A DNA stretch of 64,000 nt from the human T2T-CHM13v2.0 reference genome, Homo sapiens, in NCBI RefSeq assembly GCF_009914755.1, contig NC_060925.1; one strand, written 5' to 3'. Of the stretch, positions 41,649 through 56,500 are shown in pieces. The notes below the pieces were generated by a model. It ran no database searches. It was given only the letters and a program-made list of their open reading frames with translations, and was not told where the DNA came from. Position numbers and translations under genes: made by a program. The first letter of the stretch is position 1. Each line of letters opens with the position of its first letter.

Positions 41649-44600
41649 ATGGAATCGTCATCGAATGAATTGACTGCAATCATCGAATGGTCTCGAATGG
41701 AATCATCTTCTAATGGAAAGGAATGGAATCATCGCATAGAATCGAATGGAATTATCATCGAATGGAATCGAATGGTATCAACACCAAACGGAAAAAAACG
41801 GAATTATCGAAAGGAATCGAAGAGAATCTTCGAACGGACCCGAATGGAATCATCTAATGGAATGGAATGGAATAATCCATGGACTCGAATGCAATCATCA
41901 TCGAATGGAATCGAATGGAATCATCGAATGGACTCGAATGGAATAATCATTGAACGGAATCGAATGGAATCATCATCGGATGGAAATGAATGGAATCATC
42001 ATCGAATGGAATCGAATAGAATTATGGAATGAAATCCAGTGTGATCATCATCGAATGGACCCGAATGGAATCATCATCCAACAGAAGCTAATGGAATCAA
42101 CATCGAATGAATCGAATGGAAACACCATCGAATTCAAACGAATGGAATTACCATGAAATTGAAATGGATGGACTCATCATCGAATGGATTCGGATGGAAT
42201 CATCGAATAAAATTGATTGAAATCATCATCGAATGGAATCGAATGGTATCATTGAATGGAATCGAATGGAATCATCATCAGATGGAAATGAATGGAATCG
42301 TCATAGAATGGAATCGAATGGATTCATTGAATGGAATCAGATGGAATCATCGAATGGACTGGAATGGAATCATTGAATGGACTCGAAAGGGATCATGATT
42401 GAATGGAATTGAATGGAATCATCGAATGGTCTCGATTGGAATCATTATTAAATGGAATCGAATGGAATCACCGAATAGAATCGAATGGAACAATCATCGA
42501 ATGGACTCAAATGGAATTATCCTCAAATGGAATCGAATGGAATTATCAAATGCAATCGAATGGAATTATCGAATGCAATCGAATAGAATCATCGAATGGA
42601 CTCGAATGGAATCATCGAATGGAATGGAATGGAACAGTCAATGAACTCGAATGGAATCATCATTGAATGGAATCGAATGTAATCATCGAGTGGAATCGAA
42701 TGGAATTATGATCAAATGGAATCGAATGTAATCATCATCAAATGGAATCAAAAATAACCATCATCAATTGGTATTGAATGGAATTGTCATCAAATGGAAT
42801 TCAAAGGAATCATCATCAAATGGAACCGAATGGAATCCTCATTGAATGGAAATGAAAGGGGTCATCATCTAATGGAATCGCATGGAATCATCATCAAATG
42901 GAATCGAATGGAATCATCATCAAATGGAATCTAATGGAATCATTGAACAGAATTGAATGGAATCGTCATCGAATGAATTGAATGCAATCATCGAATGGTC
43001 TCGAATGGAATCATCTTCTAATGGAAAGGAATGGAATCATCGCATAGAATCGAATGGAATTATCATCGAATGGAATCGAATGGTATCAACACCAAACGGA
43101 AAAAAACGGAATTATCGAATGGAATCGAAGAGAATCTTCGAACGGACCCGAATGGAATCATCTAATGGAATGGAATGGAATAATCCATGGACTCGAATGC
43201 AATCATCATCGAATGGAATCGAATGGAATCATCGAATGGACTCGAATGGAATAATCATTGAACGGAATCGAATGGAATCATCATCGGATGGAAACGAATG
43301 GAATCATCATCGAATGGAAATGAAAGGAGTCATCATCTAATGCAATTGCATGGAATCATCATCAAATGGAATCGAATGGAATCAACATCAAATGGAATCT
43401 AATGGAATCATTGAACAGAATTGAATGGAATCGTCATCGAATGAATTGACTGCAATCATCGAATGGTCTCGAATGGAATCATCTTCTAATGGAAAGGAAT
43501 GGAATCATCGCATAGAATCGAATGGAATTATCATCGAATGGAATCGAATGGTATCAACACCAAACGGAAAAAAACGGAATTATCGAAAGGAATCGAAGAG
43601 AATCTTCGAACGGACCCGAATGGAATCATCTAATGGAATGGAATGGAATAATCCATGGACTCGAATGCAATCATCATCGAATGGAATCGAATGGAATCAT
43701 CGAATGGACTCGAATGGAATAATCATTGAACGGAATCGAATGGAATCATCATCGGATGGAAATGAATGGAATCATCATCGCATGGAATCGAATAGAATTA
43801 TGGAATGAAATCCAGTGTGATCATCATCGAATGGACCCGAATGGAATCATCATCCAACAGAAGCTAATGGAATCAACATCGAATGAATCGAATGGAAACA
43901 CCATCGAATTCAAACGAATGGAATTACCATGAAATTGAAATGGATGGACTCATCATCGAATGGATTCGGATGGAATCATCGAATAAAATTGATTGAAATC
44001 ATCATCGAATGGAATCGAATGGTATCATTGAATGGAATCGAATGGAATCATCATCAGATGGAAATGAATGGAATCGTCATAGAATGGAATCGAATGGATT
44101 CATTGAATGGAATCAGATGGAATCATCGAATGGACTGGAATGGAATCATTGAATGGACTCGAAAGGGATCATGATTGAATGGAATTGAATGGAATCATCG
44201 AATGGTCTCGATTGGAATCATTATTAAATGGAATCGAATGGAATCACCGAATAGAATCGAATGGAACAATCATCGAATGGACTCAAATGGAATTATCCTC
44301 AAATGGAATCGAATGGAATTATCAAATGCAATCGAATGGAATTATCGAATGCAATCGAATAGAATCATCGAATGGACTCGAATGGAATCATCGAATGGAA
44401 TGGAATGGAACAGTCAATGAACTCGAATGGAATCATCATTGAATGGAATCGAATGTAATCATCGAGTGGAATCGAATGGAATTATGATCAAATGGAATCG
44501 AATGTAATCATCATCAAATGGAATCAAAAATAACCATCATCAATTGGTATTGAATGGAATTGTCATCAAATGGAATTCAAAGGAATCATCATCAAATGGA

Positions 44601-44732
44601 ACCGAATGGAATCCTCATTGAATGGAAATGAAAGGGGTCATCATCTAATGGAATCGCATGGAATCATCATCAAATGGAATCGAATGGAATCATCATCAAA
44701 TGGAATCTAATGGAATCATTGAACAGAATTGA
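41649..44732 (+). repeat. 1308 bp unit followed by its +1776 duplicate (A,A-type unit)
   Basis: AACAGAAGC, GAATTCAAAC, TTACCATG, TTCGGATGG, ATTATTAAAT, TTATCAAATGC and GAATGTAATCATCGAG occur in both 41649-42956 and 43425-44732. Confidence 0.85.
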
Positions 44733-47559
44733 ATGGAATCGTCATCGAATGAATTGAATGCAATCATCGAATGGTCTCGAATGGAATCATCTTCTAATGG
44801 AAAGGAATGGAATCATCGCATAGAATCGAATGGAATTATCATCGAATGGAATCGAATGGTATCAACACCAAACGGAAAAAAACGGAATTATCGAATGGAA
44901 TCGAAGAGAATCTTCGAACGGACCCGAATGGAATCATCTAATGGAATGGAATGGAATAATCCATGGACTCGAATGCAATCATCATCGAATGGAATCGAAT
45001 GGAATCATCGAATGGACTCGAATGGAATAATCATTGAACGGAATCGAATGGAATCATCATCGGATGGAAACGAATGGAATCATCATCGAATGGAAATGAA
45101 AGGAGTCATCATCTAATGGAATTGCATGGAATCATCATAAAATGGAATCGAATGGAATCAACATCAAATGGAATCAAATGGAATCATTGAACGGAATTGA
45201 ATGGAATCGTCATCGAATGAATTGACTGCAATCATCGAATGGTCTCGAATGGAATCATCTTCAAATGGAATGGAATGGAATCATCGCATAGAATCGAATG
45301 GAATTATCAACGAATGGAATCGAATGGAATCAACATCAAATGGAAAAAAACAGAATTATCGTATGGAATCGAAGAGAATCATCGAGTGGACCCGAATGGA
45401 ATCATCTAATGGAATGGAATGGAATAATCCATGGACTCGAATGCAATCATCATCGAATGGAATCGAATGGAATCATCGAATGGACTCGAATGGAATAATC
45501 ATTGAACGGAATCGAATGGAATCATCATCGGATGGAAATGAATGGAATCATCATCGAATGGAATCGAATAGAATTATGGAATGAAATCCAGTGTGATCAT
45601 CATCGAATGGACCCGAATGGAATCATCATCCAACGGAAGCTAATGGAATCAACATCGAATGAATCGAATGGAAACACCATCGAATTGAAACGAATGGAAT
45701 TATCATGAAATTGAAATGGATGGACTCATCATCGAATGGATTCGAATGGAATCATCGAATAAAATTGATTGAAATCATCATCCAATGGAATCGAATGGTA
45801 TCATTGAATGGAATCGAATGGAATCATCATCAGATGGAAATGAATGGAATCGTCATAGAATGGAATCGAATGGATTCATTGAATGGAATCAGATGGAATC
45901 ATCGAATGGACTGGAATGGAATCATTGAATGGACTCGAAAGGGATCATGATTGAATGGAATTGAATGGAATCATCGAATGGTCTCGATTGGAATCATTAT
46001 CAAATGGAATCGAATGGAATCATCGAATAGAATCGAATGGAACAATCATCGAATGGACTCAAATGGAATTATCCTCAAATGGAATCGAATGGAATTATCG
46101 AATGCAATCGAATGGAATTATCGAATGCAATCGAATAGAATCATCGAATGGACTCGAATGGAATCATCGAATGGAATGGAATGGAACAGTCAATGAACAC
46201 GAATGGAATCATCATTGAATGGAATCTAATGGAATCATCGAGTGGAATCGAATGGAATTATGATCAAATGGAATCGAATGTAATCATCATCAAATGGAAT
46301 CAAAAATAACCATCATCAATTGCTATTGAATGGAATTGTCATCAAATGGAATTCAAAGGAATCATCATCAAATGGAACCGAATGGAATCCTCATTGAATG
46401 GAAATGAAAGGGGTCATCATCTAATGGAATCGCATGGAATCATCATCAAATGGAATCGAATGGAATCATCATCAAATGGAATCTAATGGAATCATTGAAC
46501 AGAATTGAATGGAATCGTCATCGAATGAATTGAATGCAATCATCGAATGGTCTCGAATGGAATCATCTTCTAATGGAAAGGAATGGAATCATCGCATAGA
46601 ATCGAATGGAATTATCATCGAATGGAATCGAATGGTATCAACACCAAACGGAAAAAAACGGAATTATCGAATGGAATCGAAGAGAATCTTCGAACGGACC
46701 CGAATGGAATCATCTAATGGAATGGAATGGAATAATCCATGGACTCGAATGCAATCATCATCGAATGGAATCGAATGGAATCATCGAATGGACTCGAATG
46801 GAATAATCATTGAACGGAATCGAATGGAATCATCATCGGATGGAAACGAATGGAATCATCATCGAATGGAAATGAAAGGAGTCATCATCTAATGGAATTG
46901 CATGGAATCATCATCAAATAGAATCGAATGGAATCAACATCAAATGGAATCTAATGGAATCATTGAACAGAATTGAATGGAATCGTCATCGAATGAATTG
47001 ACTGCAATCATCGAATGGTCTCGAATGGAATCATCTTCAAATGGAATGGAATGGAATCATCGCATAGAATCGAATGGAATTATCATCGAATGGAATCGAA
47101 TGGAATCAACAACAAACGGAAAAAAACGGAATTATCGAATGGAATCGAAGAGAATCATCGAATGGACCCGAATGGAATCATCTAATGGAATGGAATGGAA
47201 TAATCCATGGACTCGAATGCAATCATCATCGAATGGAATCGAATGGAATCATCGAATGGACTCGAATGGAATAATCATTGAACGGAATCGAATGGAATCA
47301 TCATCGGATGGAAATGAATGGAATCATCATCGAATGGAATCGAATAGAATTATGGAATGAAATCCAGTGTGATCATCATCGAATGGACCCGAATGGAATC
47401 ATCATCCAACGGAAGCTAATGGAATCAACATCGAATGAATCAAATGGAAACACCATCGAATTGAAACGAATGGAATTATCATGAAATTGAAACGGATGGA
47501 CTCATCATCGAATGGATTCGAATGGAATCATCGAATAAAATTGATTGAAATCATCATCG

Positions 47560-50500
47560 AATGGAATCGAATGGTATCATTGAATGGAATCGAATGGAAT
47601 CATCATCAGATGGAAATGAATGGAATCGTCATAGAATGGAATCGAATGGATTCATTGAATGGAATCAGATGGAATCATCGAATGGACTGGAATGGAATCA
47701 TTGAATGGACTCGAAAGGGATCATGATTGAATGGAATTGAATGGAATCATCGAATGGTCTCGATTGGAATCATTATCAAATGGAATCGAATGGAATCACC
47801 GAATAGAATCGAATGGAACAATCATCGAATGGACTCAAATGGAATTATCCTCAAATGGAATCGAATGGAATTATCGAATGCAATCGAATGGAATTATCGA
47901 ATGCAATCGAATAGAATCATCGAATGGACTCGAATGGAATCATCGAATGGAATGGAATGGAACAGTCAATGAACTCGAATGGAATCATCATTGAATGGAA
48001 TCGAATGGAATCATCGAGTGGAATCGAATGGAATTATGATCAAATGGAATCGAATGTAATCATCATCAAATGGAATCAAAAATAACCATCATCAATTGGT
48101 ATTGAATGGAATTGTCATCAAATGGAATTCAAAGGAATCATCATCAAATGGAACCGAATGGAATCCTCATTGAATGGAAATGAAAGGGGTCATCATCTAA
48201 TGGAATCGCATGGAATCATCATCAAATGGAATCGAATGGAATCATCATCAAATGGAATCTAATGGAATCATTGAACAGAATTGAATGGAATCGTCATCGA
48301 ATGAATTGAATGCAATCATCGAATGGTCTCGAATGGAATCATCTTCTAATGGAAAGGAATGGAATCATCGCATAGAATCGAATGGAATTATCATCGAATG
48401 GAATCGAATGGTATCAACACCAAACGGAAAAAAACGGAATTATCGAATGGAATCGAAGAGAATCTTCGAACGGACCCGAATGGAATCATCTAATGGAATG
48501 GAATGGAATAATCCATGGACTCGAATGCAATCATCATCGAATGGAATCGAATGGAATCATCGAATGGACTCGAATGGAATAATCATTGAACGGAATCGAA
48601 TGGAATCATTATCAGATGGAAACGAATGGAATCATCATCGAATGGAAATGAAAGGAGTCATCATCTAATGGAATTGCATGGAATCATCATAAAATGGAAT
48701 CGAATGGAATCAACATCAAATGGAATCAAATGGAATCATTGAACGGAATTGAATGGAATCGTCATCGAATGAATTGACTGCAATCATCGAATGGTCTCGA
48801 ATGGAATCATCTTCAAATGGAATGGAATGGAATCATCGCATAGAATCGAATGGAATTATCATCGAATGGAATCGAATGGAATCAACATCAAACGGAAAAA
48901 AACGGAATTATCGTATGGAATCGAAGAGAATCATCGAATGGACCCGAATGGAATCATCTAATGGAATGGAATGGAATAATCCATGGACTCGAATGCAATC
49001 ATCATCGAATGGATTCGAATGGAATCATCGAATGGACTCGAATGGAATAATCATTGAACGGAATAGAATGGAATCATCATCGGATGGAAATGAATGGAAT
49101 CATCATCGAATGGAATCGAATAGAATTATGGAATGAAATCCAGTGTGATCATCATCGAATGGACCCGAATGGAATCATCATCCAACGGAAGCTAATGGAA
49201 TCAACATCGAATGAATCGAATGGAAACACCATCGAATTGAAACGAATGGAATTATCATGAAATTGAAATGGATGGACTCATCATCGAATGGATTCGAATG
49301 GAATCATCGAATAAAATTGATTGAAATCATCATCGAATGGAATCGAATGGTATCATTGAATGGAATCGAATGGAATCATCATCAGATGGAAATGAATGGA
49401 ATCGTCATAGAATGGAATCGAATGGATTCATTGAATGGAATCAGATGGAATCATCGAATGGACTGGAATGGAATCATTGAATGGACTCGAAAGGGATCAT
49501 GATTGAATGGAATTGAATGGAATCATCGAATGGTCTCGATTGGAATCATTATCAAATGGAATCGAATGGAATCACCGAATAGAATCGAATGGAACAATCA
49601 TCGAATGGACTCAAATGGAATTATCCTCAAATGGAATCGAATGGAATTATCGAATGCAATCGAATGGAATTATCGAATGCAATCGAATAGAATCATCGAA
49701 TGGACTCGAATGGAATCATCGAATGGAATGGAATGGAACAGTCAATGAACTCGAATGGAATCATCATTGAATGGAATCGAATGGAATCATCGAGTGGAAC
49801 CGAATGGAATTATGATCAAATGGAATCGAATGTAATCATCATCAAATGGAATCAAAAATAACCATCATCAATTGGTATTGAATGGAATTCTCATCAAATG
49901 GAATTCAAAGGAATCATCATCAAATGGAACCGAATGGAATCCTCATTGAATGGAAATGAAAGGAGTCATCATCTAATGGAATCGCAAGGAATCATCATAA
50001 AATGGAATCGAATGGAATCAACATCAAATGGAATCAAATGGAATCATTGAACGGAATTGAATGGAATCGTCATCGAATGAATTGACTACAATCACCGAAT
50101 GGTCTCGAATGGAATCATCTTCAAATGGAATGGAATGGAATCATCGCATAGAATCGAATGGAATTATCATCGAATGGAATCGAATGGTATCAACATCAAA
50201 CGGAAAAAAACGGAATTATCGAATCGAATCGAAGAGAATCTTCGAACGGACCCGAATGGAATCATCTAATGGAATGGAATGGAATAATCCATGGACTCGA
50301 ATGCAATCATCATCGAATGGAATCGAATGGAATCATCGAATGGACTTGAATGGAATAATCATTGAACGGAATCGAATGGAATCATCATCGGATGGAAACG
50401 AATGGAATCATCATCGAATGGAATCGAATAGAATTATGGAATGAAATCCAGTGTGATCATCATCGAATGGACCCGAATGGAATCATCATCCAACGGAAGC

Positions 50501-53500
50501 TAATGGAATCAACATCGAATGAATCGAATGGAAACACCATCGAATTGAAACGAATGGAAGTACCAAGAAAATGAAATGGATGGACTCATCATCGAATGGA
50601 TTCGAATGGAATCATCGAATAAAATTGATTGAAATCATCATCCAATGGAATCGAATGGTATCATTGAATGGAATCGAATGGAATCATAATCAGATGGAAA
50701 TGAATGGAATCGTCATAGAATGGAATCGAATGGATTCATTGAATGGAATCAGATGGAATCATTGAATGGACTGGAATGGAATCATTGAATGGACACGAAA
50801 GGGATCATTATTGAATGGAATTGAATGGAATCATCGAATGGTCTCGATTGGAATCATTATCAAAAGGAATCGAATGGAATCACCGAATAGAATCGAATGG
50901 AACAATCATCGAATGGACTCAAATGGAATTATCCTCCAATGGAATGGAATGGAATTATCGAATGCAATCGAATGGAATTATCGAATGCAATCGAATAGAA
51001 TCATCGAATGGACTCGAATGGAATCATCGAATGGAATGGAATGGAACAGTCAATGAACTCGAATGGAATCATCATTGAATGGAATCGAATGGAATCATCG
51101 AGTGGAATCGAATGGAATTATGATCAAATGGAATCGAATGTAATCATCATCAAATGGAATCAAAAATAACCATCATCAATTGGTATTGAATGGAATTGTC
51201 ATCAAATGGAATTCAAAGGAATCATCATCAAATGGAACCGAATGGAATCCTCATTGAATGGAAATGAAAGGGGTCATCATCTAATGGAATCGCATGGAAT
51301 CATCATCAAATGGAATCGAATGGAATCATCATCAAATGGAATCTAATGGAATCATTGAAAAGAATTGAATGGAATCGTCATCGAATGAATTGAATGCAAT
51401 CATCGAATGGTCTCGAATGGAATCATCTTCTAATGGAAAGGAATGGAATCATCGCATAGAATCGAATGGAATTATCATCGAATGGAATCGAATGGAATCA
51501 ACATCAAACGGAAAAAAACGGAATTATCGAATGGAATCGAAGAGAATCATCGAATGGACCCGAATGGAATCATCTAATGGAATGGCATGGAATAATCCAT
51601 GGACTCGAATGCAATCATCATCGAATGGAATCGAATGGAATCATCGAATGGACCCGAATGGAATAATCATTGAACGGAATCGAATGGAATCATCATCGGA
51701 TGGAAACGAATGGAATCATCATCGAATGGAAATGAAAGGAGTCATCATCTAATGCAATTGCATGGAATCATCATCAAATGGAATCGAATGGAATCAACAT
51801 CAAATGGAATCAAATGGAATCATTGAACGGAATTGAATGGAATCGTCATCGAATGAATTGAATGCAATCATCGAATGGTCTCGAATACAATCATCTTCAA
51901 ATGGAATGGAATGGAATCATCGCATAGAATCGAATGGAATTATCATCGAATGGAATCGAACGGTATCAACATGAAACGGAAAAAAACGGAATTATCGAAT
52001 GGAATCGAAGAGAATCCTCGAACGGACCCGAATGGAATCATCAAATGGAATGGAATGGAATAATCCATGGAGTCGAATGCAATCATCATCGAATGGAATC
52101 GAATGGAATCATCGAATGGACTCGAATGGAATAATCATTGAAGGGAATCGAATGGAATAATCTTCGGATGGAAACGAATGGAATCATCATCGAATGGAAA
52201 TGAAAGGAGTCATCATCTAATGGAATTGCATGGAATCATCATAAAATGGAATCGAATGGAATCAACATCAAATGGAATCAAATGGAATCATTGAACGGAA
52301 TTGAATGGAATCGTCATCGAATGAATTGACTGCAATCATCGAATGGTCTCGAATGGAATCATCTTCAAATGGAATGGAATGGAATCATCGCATAGAATCG
52401 AATGGAATTATCATCGAATGGAATCGAATGGAATCAACATCAAACGGAAAAAAACGGAATTATCGAATGGAATCGAAGAGAATCATCGAATGGACCCGAA
52501 TGGAATCATCTAATGGAATGGAATGGAATAATCCATGGACTCGAATGCAATCATCATCGAATGGAATCGAATGGAATCATCGAATGGACTCGAATGGAAT
52601 AATCATTGAACGGAATCGAATGGAATCATCATCGGATGGAAATGAATGGAATCATCATCGAATGGAATCGAATAGAATTATGGAATGAAATCCAGTGTGA
52701 TCATCATCGAATGGACCCGAATGGAATCATCATCCAACGGAAGCTAATGGAATCAACATCGAATGAATCGAATGGAAACACCATCGAATTGAAACGAATG
52801 GAATTATCATGAAATTGAAATGGATGGACTCATCATCGAATGGATTCGAATGGAATCATCGAATAAAATTGATTGAAATCATCATCGAATGGAATCGAAT
52901 GGTATCATTGAATGGAATCGAATGGAATCATCATCAGATGGAAATGAATGGAATTGTCATAGAATGGAATCGAATGGATTCATTGAATGGAATCAGATGG
53001 AATCATCGAATGGACTGGAATGGAATCATTGAATGGACTCGAAAGGGATCATGATTGAATGGAATTGAATGGAATCATCGAATGGTCTCGATTGGAATCA
53101 TTATCAAATGGAATCGAATGGAATCACCGAATAGAATCGAATGGAACAATCATCGAATGGACTCAAATGGAATTATCCTCCAATGGAATCGAATGGAATT
53201 ATCGAATGCAATCGAATGGAATTATCGAATGCAATCGAATAGAATCATCGAAAGGACTCGAATGGAATCATCGAATGGAATGGAATGGAACAGTCAATGA
53301 ACTCGAATGGAATCATCATTGAATGGAATCCAATGGAATCATCGAGTGGAATCGAATGGAATTATGATCAAATGGAATCGAATGTAATCATCATCAAATG
53401 GAATCAAAAATAACCATCATCAATTGGTATTGAATGGAATTGTCATCAAATGGAATTCAAAGGAATCATCATCAAATGGAACCGAATGGAATCCTCATTG

Positions 53501-56500
53501 AATGGAAATGAAAGGGGTCATCATCTAATGGAATCGCATGGAATCATCATCAAATGGAATCGAATGGAATCATCATCAAATGGAATCTAATGGAATCATT
53601 GAACAGAATTGAATGGAATCGTCATCGAATGAATTGAATGCAATCATCGAATGGTCTCGAATGGAATCATCTTCTAATGGAAAGGAATGGAATCATCGCG
53701 TAGAATCGAATGGAATTATCATCGAATGGAATCGAATGGTATCAACACCAAACGGAAAAAAACGGAATTATCGAATGGAATCGAAGAGAATCTTCGAACG
53801 GACCCGAATGGAATCATCTAATGGAATGGAATGGAATAATCCATGGACTCGAATGCAATCATCATCGAATGGAATCGAATGGAGTCATCGAATGGACTCG
53901 AATGGAATAATCATTGAACGGAATCGAATGGAATCATCATCGGATGGAAACGAATGGAATCATCATCGAATGGAAATGAAAGGAGTCATCATCTAATGGA
54001 ATTGCATGGAATCATCATAAAATGGAATCGAATGGAATCAACATCAAATGGAATCAAATGGAATCATTGAACGGAATTGAATGGAATCGTCATCGAATGA
54101 ATTGACTGCAATCATCGAATGGTCTCGAATGGAATCATCTTCAAATGGAATGGAATGGAATCATCGCATAGAATCGAATGGAATTATCATCGAATGGAAT
54201 CGAATGGAATCAACATCAAACGGAAAAAAACAGAATTATCGTATGGAATCTAAGAGAATCATCGAATGGACCCGAATGGAATCATCTAATGGAATGGAAT
54301 GGAATAATCCATGGACTCGAATGCAATCATCATCGAATGGAATCGAATGGAATCATCGAATGGACTCGAATGGAATAATAATTGAACGGAATCGAATGGA
54401 ATCATCATCGGATGGAAATGAATGGAATCATCATCGAATGGAATCGAATAGAATTATGGAATGAAATCCAGTGTGATCATCATCGAATGGACCCGAATGG
54501 AATCATCATCCAACGGAAGCTAATGGAATCAACATCGAATGAATCGAATGGAAACACCATCGAATTGAAACGAATGGAATTATCATGAAATTGAAATGGA
54601 TGGACACATCATCGAATGGATTCGAATGGAATCATCGAATAAAATTGATTGAAATCATCATCAAATGGAATCGAATGGTATCATTGAATGGAATCGAATG
54701 GAATCATCATCAGATGGAAATGAATGGAATCGTCATAGAATGGAATCGAATGGATTCATTGAATGGAATCAGATGGAATCATCGAATGGACTGGAATGGA
54801 ATCATTGAATGGACTCGAAAGGGATCATGATTGAATGGAATTGAATGGAATCATCGAATGGTCTCGATTGGAATCATTATCAAATGGAATCGAATGGAAT
54901 CACCGAATAGAATCGAATGGAACAATCATCGAATGGACTCAAATGGAATTATCCTCAAATGGAATCGAATGGAATTATCGAATGCAATCGAATGGAATTA
55001 TCGAATGCAATCGAATAGAATCATCGAATGGACTCGAATGGAATCATCGAATGGAATGGAATGGAACAGTCAATGAACTCGAATGGAATCATCATTGAAT
55101 GGAATCGAATGGAATCATCGAGTGGAATCGAATGGAATTATGATCAAATGGAATCGAATGTAATCATCATCAAATGGAATCAAAAATAACCATCATCAAT
55201 TGGTATTGAATGGAATTGTCATCAAATGGAATTCAAAGGAATCATCATCAAATGGAACCGAATGGAATCCTCATTGAATGGAAATGAAAGGGGTCATCAT
55301 CTAATGGAATCGCATGGAATCATCATCAAATGGAATCGAATGGAATCATCATCAAATGGAATCTAATGGAATCATTGAACAGAATTGAATGGAATCGTCA
55401 TCGAATGAATTGAATGCAATCATCGAATGGTCTCGAATGGAATCATCTTCTAATGGAAAGGAATGGAATCATCGCATAGAATCGAATGGAATTATCATCG
55501 AATGGAATCGAATGGTATCAACACCAAACGGAAAAAAACGGAATTATCGAATGGAATCGAAGAGAATCTTCGAACGGACCCGAATGGAATCATCTAATGG
55601 AATGGAATGGAATAATCCATGGACTCGAATGCAATCATCATCGAATGGAATCGAATGGAATCATCGAATGGACTCGAATGGAATAATCATTGAACGGAAT
55701 CGAATGGAATCATTATCAGATGGAAACGAATGGAATCATCATCGAATGGAAATGAAAGGAGTCATCATCTAATGGAATTGCATGGAATCATCATAAAATG
55801 GAATCGAATGGAATCAACATCAAATGGAATCAAATGGAATCATTGAACGGAATTGAATGGAATCGTCATCGAATGAATTGACTGCAATCATCGAATGGTC
55901 TCGAATGGAATCATCTTCAAATGGAATGGAATGGAATCATCGCATAGAATCGAATGGAATTATCATCGAATGGAATCGAATGGAATCAACATCAAACGGA
56001 AAAAAACGGAATTATCGTATGGAATCGAAGAGAATCATCGAATGGACCCGAATGGAATCATCTAATGGAATGGAATGGAATAATCCATGGACTCGAATGC
56101 AATCATCATCGAATGGATTCGAATGGAATCATCGAATGGACTCGAATGGAATAATCATTGAACGGAATAGAATGGAATCATCATCGGATGGAAATGAATG
56201 GAATCATCATCGAATGGAATCGAATAGAATTATGGAATGAAATCCAGTGTGATCATCATCGAATGGACCCGAATGGAATCATCATCCAACGGAAGCTAAT
56301 GGAATCAACATCGAATGAATCGAATGGAAACACCATCGAATTGAAACGAATGGAATTATCATGAAATTGAAATGGATGGACTCATCATCGAATGGATTCG
56401 AATGGAATCATCGAATAAAATTGATTGAAATCATCATCGAATGGAATCGAATGGTATCATTGAATGGAATCGAATGGAATCATCATCAGATGGAAATGAA

